In this document: piece by piece, positions 29,695 through 36,744 of the stretch
Layout of the letters: every line of letters begins with the position of its first letter
Numbering within the stretch: position 1 is the stretch's first letter
Assembly: GCA_964619405.1 (NCBI GenBank)
Contig: CAZUCF010000003.1
Coordinates: forward strand, 25,192 to 89,191
DNA from: an uncultured archaeon
Lineage (GTDB): Archaea > Iainarchaeota > Iainarchaeia > Iainarchaeales > JAAZKV01
Direction of reading: 5' to 3'
DNA length: 64,000 nt
Made by a program: the position numbers and the translations under genes
Notes under the pieces: generated by a model
Database searches by the model: none
What the model was told of the DNA's origin: nothing
What the model saw: the letters and a program-made list of their open reading frames with translations, nothing else

Positions 29695-30942
29695 TTAACC
29701 AATATTTTTTAAAAACTCTTTTTTTATCCTAAAACAATTCGCATGCTTAAAATGTCCAAAATAAGAAGCTTTAGTTGATTCGAATTGCTTTTTATCAAAA
29801 TCATCTAACTCTTTATTTTTTACTAATTCATTATAACTACTTATTTTTTTCTTGAAATTTGTTAAAACCCTTTTTCTCACATAAACAGAATAAGGTCTTA
29901 TAATATAACCAAGAAAATCAATCCCATTAGTTAGAGGTAAAAGAATTGATTCTTTTTTCAAATCAAGTAGCAAATTACTTTTAACAAAAAACAAAATCCT
30001 AAAAAAACAATCTAACAAAAAACTTTTGCTTTTTGAAAGCAAAATAAAATCATCAACATACCTAACATAATGTTTGATTCTCAATTTTTGTTTTATAAAA
30101 AAGTCAAGTTCGTGCAAATAAATATTGGCAAAAAACTGGCTGGAATAATTACCAATAGGCAAACCCTTGTTTTTTTCTGTATTGAATAAAGATTTGTGTT
30201 TCGGAATTTTTTCCCAATATTTTTCTCTTGATTTTTTAACAAAATTTTCTTGAGGACAAGAAAAAACAATTATTTTTAACAGAAAAATTAATTCTTCTTT
30301 TTGATTAAAAGAAAACAAATCAGAAGAGACAACTCTCTTTTTTATTAATTTAAAGAGTATTTTCTTATCAATACTCATAAAAAAATTCTGTACATCTAGT
30401 TGTAAAAAATAACCCCTTTTATAAGATTTCGAACTATTCTGATAGGATTGAGTAAACTTTTTTAAACACTTAACTGCTTTATGCGTTCCTTTCCCTTTTC
30501 TACAAGCATAACTATCAAAAATAAACCTTTTCTCATAAATCTTTTCTAATTCTTTTACCAAAATATGGTGGACTATTCTGTCTCTAAAATCAGCTGCAAA
30601 AATTTCTCTTGGTTTTGGTTTTAAAACAACAAAACAAACAGAACGCCTCGGAACATAAGTCTTATTGTTTAAAAAAGAATGTAAATCGAAAAGATTTTGC
30701 TCTAAGTTCTTTTCAAACTTTAAAGCATTACTATTATTTCTTTTTCCTTTCCTACATTCCTCGTAAGCTCTGTAAATGTTTTCTATCCCAAGGATTGTGT
30801 CTTTTTCCGAACGAACACACCTAACTCCGTTGTTGTTGTCGTTAGTCTTATTGTCGTTGTTGATATTACCATTGTTGGAATTCAAGTTGTAAGCGTTACT
30901 AGTATTACTAGGAACAGTAGAACTATTTTGTGGAATATTCAT
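29695..30942 (-). CDS. diversity-generating retroelement reverse transcriptase
   Basis: RT motifs LDVQNFFMSI, the DGR-specific GLPIGNYSSQFFANIYL, YVRYVDDFILL and IDFLGY. The first roughly 46 codons of the only ATG-initiated frame are the template repeat itself. Confidence 0.9.
   Translation of the reverse strand: MNIPQNSSTVPSNTSNAYNLNSNNGNINNDNKTNDNNNGVRCVRSEKDTILGIENIYRAYEECRKGKRNNSNALKFEKNLEQNLFDLHSFLNNKTYVPRRSVCFVVLKPKPREIFAADFRDRIVHHILVKELEKIYEKRFIFDSYACRKGKGTHKAVKCLKKFTQSYQNSSKSYKRGYFLQLDVQNFFMSIDKKILFKLIKKRVVSSDLFSFNQKEELIFLLKIIVFSCPQENFVKKSREKYWEKIPKHKSLFNTEKNKGLPIGNYSSQFFANIYLHELDFFIKQKLRIKHYVRYVDDFILLSKSKSFLLDCFFRILFFVKSNLLLDLKKESILLPLTNGIDFLGYIIRPYSVYVRKRVLTNFKKKISSYNELVKNKELDDFDKKQFESTKASYFGHFKHANCFRIKKEFLKNIG
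30804..30918 (-). repeat. DGR template repeat (TR)
   Basis: Aligns with 31599..31710. It is adenine-rich on the coding strand (AAC/AAT codons, translating to NSNNGNINNDNKTNDNNNGVRCVRSE), and the 3' 26 nt are identical to the VR. Confidence 0.85.
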
Positions 30943-31145
30943 AACTAAAAAAACCTCAGTCTTAATAGTGTCTTTTTCGCCTCACAAATTTTTTTTGGCA
31001 TATGGCTTTCCACATCAAAAAGCACCTAACCATTAAACACTCTTATCCCAAAGGATAAAATTCTGGGCACAATTCTGTTTGCTTTCTAACAACTTTGTTG
31101 TTAGTACCCACTAAATTAGTGAGAATAAATTACTAACACACTTTT

Positions 31146-31490
31146 TTATTGGACACTATTACTCCAACCATTTGCTTGCTTTGCTAAATCAACTATTAAA
31201 CCAGTTGAATAAATATAAGAATTAAAATTATGAAAAACCTTCGCTTCCTTACACAAACGAACAATCATTTTTAATTCCTCAACCAAAACAACCAACTCTC
31301 TTAAAACAATTTTTTTATCAACAAGAGAATTTGCTTTTGCAATACAAACACATATTTCTCTACTCTTATTTCTCAAATCACTTCCAAGAGTATATTTATT
31401 ATACCTAGAAAAATTCTTCACAATCTTTTCAAAATACAATGCTAAATCAAACGCTTTCTTATAAATCGACAAACTATCATATTGAGCCAT
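31146..31490 (-). CDS. avd: Avd-like accessory variability determinant (four-helix-bundle / 23S rRNA IVS protein family)
   Basis: 114 aa with a predicted helical-bundle sequence, MAQYDSLSIYKKAFDLALYFEKIVKNFSRYNKYTLGSDLRNKSREI, typical of the family. It lies between the target gene and the TR. Confidence 0.7.
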   Translation of the reverse strand: MAQYDSLSIYKKAFDLALYFEKIVKNFSRYNKYTLGSDLRNKSREICVCIAKANSLVDKKIVLRELVVLVEELKMIVRLCKEAKVFHNFNSYIYSTGLIVDLAKQANGWSNSVQ

Positions 31491-31515
31491 ACACAAACAC
31501 CACTTTAAAATTTTC

Positions 31516-31536
31516 GTGCCGCGCCCTTTCGGGCAC
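31516..31536 (-). other. GC-rich GNRA-tetraloop hairpin downstream of the VR
   Basis: The minus strand reads GTGCCCGAAAGGGCGCGGCAC. GCCC-GAAA-GGGC forms a 4-bp stem with a GAAA loop (an alternative is a 5-bp GTGCC/GGCAC stem). It sits 58-78 nt after the target stop codon. Confidence 0.4.
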
Positions 31537-31593
31537 TTTCTTTTTTCATCTCCCACTTAACCTCTAAACATAAAATTTTAAATCATCAAATTT

Positions 31594-32652
31594 TTAACTT
31601 TCCGAACGAACACACCTAACTCCGAACTTGTCGTCGCTAGTCTCATAGGCGGAGAGGATACCATCGAAGGAATTCAGGTAGTACGCGTAACCAGTAGAGC
31701 TAGGAACAGTGGTGCTTGACCAATAACCAAAACAAGTCGAATTCCAACCAGTTTGAGTAAAAACACTATTCAAATAACTCGAAGAAGGGTAACTCATGTC
31801 AGGCAAAGTTGCTAACTCAACAAAAGAAGGAACTCTCCAGTCACCAACACTAGAACCGTCAGTCAAACCATCAACACCATTAGCAAGAGTACTACAATAA
31901 CTCAAAGCACTCTCCCCACTCTCCCAAGTAACAGTCTTACAAGTACCCCCACTCATTCTATGATTCTTCTGCCAACACAAACCAGTATGATTATCTAAAA
32001 CAGTCCCACCACCACAACCATCAGCAGTATAACTTTTTGCAGTACCATCCTGCTCTTTATCATCCAAATCCCCAACATCATAACTAGTTGTTTGACCACT
32101 ATGAAGTTCAACCGCAAAAGGGCATTGATCAGCTAACATATTAGCATTAACAGTGTAAGGCGTGCAATCAAAAAAAACTTTTGAAGGATAACGCTCTGTT
32201 TTTGTCAAACCTTGACGAGTAACATAAGTAACAACCAAATCCTCTTGCAAAATCTTTCCTTCCTCACACACTGTTTCAGCATCAACTACAAAATACTTTG
32301 AACCACCCTGAGCCAAATCCTCTGAAAACAAAACCTCTTCACCACCAAGCTCAATCTTACTAATAGTCAAAATATTGCCAGTATTATTCAACAACTTAAC
32401 AGCAAACTCTCCATCACTATTAACCATTGACTCGGTAACACCAATACTAGAAGACATTACAGCCAACTCACTAGAATCGCTAGAAACACTAGAACCAGAA
32501 TCAAGAAAACCAACTAACAAACCAACAACCACAAGAGAAATAACAATAACAACACCAATTATTACAAGGTATTCTATGGTTCCTTGTCCTTTAGAATTTT
32601 TAACAAAACACTCACCAAAAAACATTTTAACTACACCCCTAAAAAAAACCAT
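31594..32652 (-). CDS. DGR target: type IV pilin-like (class III signal peptide) protein with C-terminal DUF1566/C-type-lectin-fold variable domain
   Basis: N-terminus KGQGTIEYLVIIGVVIVISLVVVGLL (archaeal prepilin-like). C-terminus GLCWQKN...DWRVPSFVELATL...YWSST...FGVRCVRSES (DUF1566-like), ending in the VR. Confidence 0.85.
   Translation of the reverse strand: MVFFRGVVKMFFGECFVKNSKGQGTIEYLVIIGVVIVISLVVVGLLVGFLDSGSSVSSDSSELAVMSSSIGVTESMVNSDGEFAVKLLNNTGNILTISKIELGGEEVLFSEDLAQGGSKYFVVDAETVCEEGKILQEDLVVTYVTRQGLTKTERYPSKVFFDCTPYTVNANMLADQCPFAVELHSGQTTSYDVGDLDDKEQDGTAKSYTADGCGGGTVLDNHTGLCWQKNHRMSGGTCKTVTWESGESALSYCSTLANGVDGLTDGSSVGDWRVPSFVELATLPDMSYPSSSYLNSVFTQTGWNSTCFGYWSSTTVPSSTGYAYYLNSFDGILSAYETSDDKFGVRCVRSES
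31599..31710 (-). repeat. DGR variable repeat (VR)
   Basis: 112 nt at the 3' end of the target CDS are homologous to the TR. Mismatches fall overwhelmingly at TR adenines. Confidence 0.85.
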
Positions 32653-32681
32653 TTTTATTAATAAAACAAAAGAACATTCAC

Positions 32682-32699
32682 ATATATATATATATATAT
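32682..32699. repeat. (AT)9 dinucleotide microsatellite
   Basis: atatatatatatatatat lies 30-47 nt upstream of the target gene's ATG at 32652. Confidence 0.9.
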
Positions 32700-32951
32700 T
32701 TGTTTGAAAAATTGGAAAAAAATTATTTTACCCAACACTTCACTTCAAAACCCATTCTTTTAATCACAATTCTCACTTTTTTTATAATTGCCCAAATCCT
32801 TCAAATCCAATAATAAAAAACCACTAATTTTTGGTTTTGATTTAAATGATTTCGCAAACAAAATTTATCCAACCACGAGTTTAATCAAAAAATAATTAGT
32901 ATAATTACAATTATATTATCAAACTGTTTTTTTATCAAAAAAATAATCAAA

Positions 32952-33908
32952 TCATTTTATTGATTGGATTTTTTTTATTATTTTTATAAGAAATGATAAA
33001 AGATTTTCTTTAAATACAACATAATCTTTTTTGTTCAACTCAATAAGCAACAATAATTCTATATCATCATCACTTTTTAAAAAATCTTGGGTTTTTTCTT
33101 GGAGTATTTTAATTGATCTTAAAAGATGCTTATCAACATATTGAATAAAACCCTCTGAACTTAAAACCTTCCTTTTAATTAAGCTAGTATTTATTTTATT
33201 TAAAGGACAAAGTTTGTCAAGAAGATACAAATCAAGAATATCCCTTTCTTTTAAAGTATTTCTAGTCAAAATCGCGCGTACCTTTTCAAGCATCACTTCA
33301 CGAATATCATATTGGAGAATACTTACCTTTACAAGATCATAATTTATTACATTGAGTCGCTTTTTTTCAACCCCCAAAAATTCAGCAAAATTAAACAAAC
33401 TATCTTCCTTGCATTTAAATACCAAATCTTCAATAAAATTAATCTCAATCTTAACCACTTCTTCATTTGAATTAATAAGAGAGGTATAATACAAATACAA
33501 TTTGTACACTGAGCGATCATTCAAAATTTTTACATATTTTGCATTTGTTCTACTAGTCTGAAAATCAAAACCGTTTTGATCAGCAATTTTTTTAAACGCT
33601 TCAATAAGAGGAATAATAGTTTTCTTTATCCTAGCTTCACGCGTTTTTCCTTTCAAAAGACGAATTTCTTTAGAATCCTTATGAGTAAAATCAAGATCCA
33701 CACTAATACGATGATAATTTAGATATTTTTTTGTAAGAAGCGTTCCACCTTTAAAAATAAGTCCTTGTAATTGAGTTTCTTGTGTTTTTAATTTTTGATA
33801 AGAACTAAGAACTTTAGAAAGCACATAATCTTTCTCAATAGATTCAAGAGAAATATTTTTCTTACTTTGAATTAATTTTCCATAAATAGCAAACTCTGTT
33901 TTATCCAT
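32952..33908 (-). CDS. AbiEii/AbiGii-family nucleotidyltransferase toxin (type IV TA)
   Basis: FKGGTLLTKKYLNYHRISVDLDF nucleotidyltransferase signature, about 318 aa. Overlaps the upstream partner gene by 8 nt. Confidence 0.75.
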   Translation of the reverse strand: MDKTEFAIYGKLIQSKKNISLESIEKDYVLSKVLSSYQKLKTQETQLQGLIFKGGTLLTKKYLNYHRISVDLDFTHKDSKEIRLLKGKTREARIKKTIIPLIEAFKKIADQNGFDFQTSRTNAKYVKILNDRSVYKLYLYYTSLINSNEEVVKIEINFIEDLVFKCKEDSLFNFAEFLGVEKKRLNVINYDLVKVSILQYDIREVMLEKVRAILTRNTLKERDILDLYLLDKLCPLNKINTSLIKRKVLSSEGFIQYVDKHLLRSIKILQEKTQDFLKSDDDIELLLLIELNKKDYVVFKENLLSFLIKIIKKIQSIK

Positions 33909-34521
33909 TTAATTCAACCTTTGCTTTTAAAAAGCTTGGAACTTTTAACAAATATTTTTTTAATTTTTGTTTATTTTTCTTATCTAGCAAATCTAAAGGA
34001 ACTTTCTTTTTATAATAAACAAAATCAATAATAGTTTTTTCAATGTCGGAATAATTCCAAACAATATTTTGAGAATTTTTTAACTCACAAACACCAAAAA
34101 AAAGATCTTTACGCATTTTTTTGAACAAAAACACTTGATTAAATATATTAAAAGAACCAGAAAATTTAGAATTAATAATAATTGTCCTGTTTATTGCTTG
34201 CCAAACAACTTTATTTTGCACAAGCGCACTTTCAAGTCCTAAATACCAATCAATATTTAATTCATTTAATATAATATACATCATTTCCAAAGGAGCCATT
34301 TTATTAAAATCTTTCTCAACTTCCTCAGCATCCCTTACATAATAATATTTTTTCCAAACATATAATATTTTTTTTGACTCACGAAGACTCCTAAACAAAG
34401 CAAAAGTAGAACAAGAATTAATCGTTTGATTTAAATGTGAACAAATTTCTTTTTTTGAAACAACTTTCTTTTTAAGACCATCAAGTGCTTGACGTGCAAG
34501 AAGATTATCATCAAGAGTCAT
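33901..34521 (-). CDS. putative AbiEi-like antitoxin/transcriptional regulator
   Basis: 206-aa ORF immediately upstream of, and translationally coupled to, the AbiEii-like gene. The call rests on position and size, not on a clear motif. Confidence 0.45.
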   Translation of the reverse strand: MTLDDNLLARQALDGLKKKVVSKKEICSHLNQTINSCSTFALFRSLRESKKILYVWKKYYYVRDAEEVEKDFNKMAPLEMMYIILNELNIDWYLGLESALVQNKVVWQAINRTIIINSKFSGSFNIFNQVFLFKKMRKDLFFGVCELKNSQNIVWNYSDIEKTIIDFVYYKKKVPLDLLDKKNKQKLKKYLLKVPSFLKAKVELNG

Positions 34522-34686
34522 ACAAACAAATAACCTTATTAAACTTATAAATATGTCGTTTCAAAAAAAACGTAAATAACCGTTTTTTTAATAACAAAAA
34601 AATAATGCTTTTATTTAATACAAACACAAACCAAAAGCTTTCTTATAAATTGGTAAAGAATCGTATTGAGCTATAAAAAAATAATT

Positions 34687-36699
34687 TTAATACAAATTAT
34701 CAAATATTTTTTTGCCATCATTTTCTTCCAAGAATTTTTTTCTCTCATTCACATACTCTTGTATTTTTTTTGCTATGTCTGGAGTAACGTGTTTGAATCT
34801 TCCTTGTATCATTAAATATTCTTCAACAGGAATTTGCGTTGGCTTTGCACTTAATTTTAGAACACCTTCTTCAATCTCGTATATGGGTGAAACCCACGAG
34901 TCAAGCGCTTTTTTTGCAACGTCAATAGTACTACTTGGATCTATTTTCCACCCTGGAATACAAGGAACTAAAACATGTAAAAAACTCGGACCATTCACTT
35001 TCAAAGCTTTTTCTACTTTGCTTTTCAAATCAATTAAATTTGTTACACTAGCAGTTGCAACATAATTTAATCCGTGGGCTGCAACAATAAAAGGCAAGGG
35101 TTTTTTTGGTTGTTGTTTTCCTTTAATTATTTTTCCTGCTGGGCTAGTAGTAGTGCTTGCATAAGGGAATGTTGCTCCGCTTCTTTGTATTCCCGTGTTA
35201 TGTACTACTATTCCGTTTGCTATAAAATTGTGTTCTCCTTCTACTCGCAAGTCAAGTGTTGGCTCTACTCCCTTTTTTTCTATTGAAATAATTTTTTTTG
35301 TTTCAAAGTACTCGTTCCCAAATAAATAATTTCTTTGTTTGTTTTGGTTAGCATATTTTAGTAATGCTCCTTGTTTTGAACTAAAACAAACATAACCATA
35401 TGTTGATTCTTTTAGCAATGCTCTTTTTACTACGAGAGTTCCTTCTTTTTTTGTTTGTGAATGAATTTTTCCAACTCGCACATCCATTGTTTGAAGTAAT
35501 AGTCTTAATGTTCTTAAAAGTTCAAAACTTGCTGAAACATACCTATTACTTTTTCCTATTTTGTATCCGTCAGAAAGCATTAATCCTTCAACAAAAGCTT
35601 CTTTTTCTTTTAATGGCAGAGTAAAAACCCATTGTGGAATTATTTTGTTTTTTGCGCCTTTTCCAAAGCCAAGGGAATCAAAAAACTTTGCTACGTTTAT
35701 TGAATTAATATGTAATTCATTATCATTTTCGCTTAAACAATTACTCCACAACAAGTTTTCTATTAATTGTTTTGCTTCTTTTCTTCCTTTAATTTTTTTT
35801 GGGAGAGCAAAACCAACTTCGGCCTTGTTTATTCTCGTCCAACCATCTCCAACATATATTCCAAGTAATTTCATTAATTCAATGGAAGAATTTTCTGGCA
35901 AATTAACTTCATTTATTTTGTTAACTTTATAATCACCTTTTTTTGATAAAACTATTTTAGAAAAATTAAATGGTTTTCCTTCTAAACCTTTTTTTAGTGA
36001 AACTATTTCGTCCCCAATTTTTAATTCTTCAACCATTTTCCAAACGAAATTGTTTTGCCCTTGTTTTCCATTTCTTTGTAGTACTAAGAAGGGATGATTT
36101 CCTGTTGCTTTTATTGTGTTTGAATTAGTATTAATTTCAAAAACTCTTTTTTTACCATTATCAAATACTCCAACACATTTTTTTAGAACTAGTTCATTTG
36201 TTTTTTGACCGAAAGCATAAACTTCGTCCCCAACATTTATTTCAGTAATTTTTTTAAGTCCGTCTTTTGTCATTATTAATGCGTCTAAAGCCAAGCAATT
36301 CATGTAAGCTTCATTGTCAGTTACAATATACAAAATTTTGTGGCCTCTTTCTACTGCTCCTGAAAGTGCTCCAAATCCAATGTCAAACATTGCTCCGTCT
36401 CCGCCCATCGCAATAACGTTTGTTTCTTTATCTCCTTTCGTATTTAATGCTGCCCTGATTCCTGATGCTACTGCTGCTGCGTTTTCAAATGCGCAGTGCA
36501 CGAATGGAATTTCCCAACTTGTTTCTGGATATGGTGTTGAAACTACTTCCATGCAACCAGTTGCTTGTGCTACAATTGTTTTTCTTCCAGCTGCTTTTAG
36601 TATGTGTCTTAGGGCTAGTGCTTCTCCGCACCCAGCGCATGCCCTGTGCCCGCTTGCAAAAAGTTCTTCTTCATTAATTCCCATTACAGCCATAATCAT
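34687..36699 (-). CDS. porB: pyruvate/2-oxoacid:ferredoxin oxidoreductase beta subunit, interrupted by an intein
   Basis: Exteins carry [16 protein letters not shown] and DNEAYMN|TGIQRSG (ThDP site). The mature size would be 303 aa. Confidence 0.85.
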   Translation of the reverse strand: MIMAVMGINEEELFASGHRACAGCGEALALRHILKAAGRKTIVAQATGCMEVVSTPYPETSWEIPFVHCAFENAAAVASGIRAALNTKGDKETNVIAMGGDGAMFDIGFGALSGAVERGHKILYIVTDNEAYMNCLALDALIMTKDGLKKITEINVGDEVYAFGQKTNELVLKKCVGVFDNGKKRVFEINTNSNTIKATGNHPFLVLQRNGKQGQNNFVWKMVEELKIGDEIVSLKKGLEGKPFNFSKIVLSKKGDYKVNKINEVNLPENSSIELMKLLGIYVGDGWTRINKAEVGFALPKKIKGRKEAKQLIENLLWSNCLSENDNELHINSINVAKFFDSLGFGKGAKNKIIPQWVFTLPLKEKEAFVEGLMLSDGYKIGKSNRYVSASFELLRTLRLLLQTMDVRVGKIHSQTKKEGTLVVKRALLKESTYGYVCFSSKQGALLKYANQNKQRNYLFGNEYFETKKIISIEKKGVEPTLDLRVEGEHNFIANGIVVHNTGIQRSGATFPYASTTTSPAGKIIKGKQQPKKPLPFIVAAHGLNYVATASVTNLIDLKSKVEKALKVNGPSFLHVLVPCIPGWKIDPSSTIDVAKKALDSWVSPIYEIEEGVLKLSAKPTQIPVEEYLMIQGRFKHVTPDIAKKIQEYVNERKKFLEENDGKKIFDNLY
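35197..36297 (-). mobile_element. intein (367 aa) with LAGLIDADG homing-endonuclease domain in PorB
   Basis: Starts with Cys ([13 protein letters not shown]), ends ANGIVVHN, followed by +1 Thr. LAGLIDADG motifs are [10 protein letters not shown] and [11 protein letters not shown]. Confidence 0.85.
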
Positions 36700-36744
36700 C
36701 CACCAATAATTAATTTTTTAATAAAAATATTTTTTTGACTTAAA

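Noticed and set aside
31491-31556. N-terminal extension of the avd-like ORF (GTG start at 31556, MGDEKRKCPKGRGTKILKWCLC).
   Set aside because: The extension is encoded by the GC-rich hairpin region and begins with a non-ATG codon. The four-helix-bundle family sequence begins at the ATG at 31490 (MAQYDSLSIYKKAFDL), so the shorter model is preferred.
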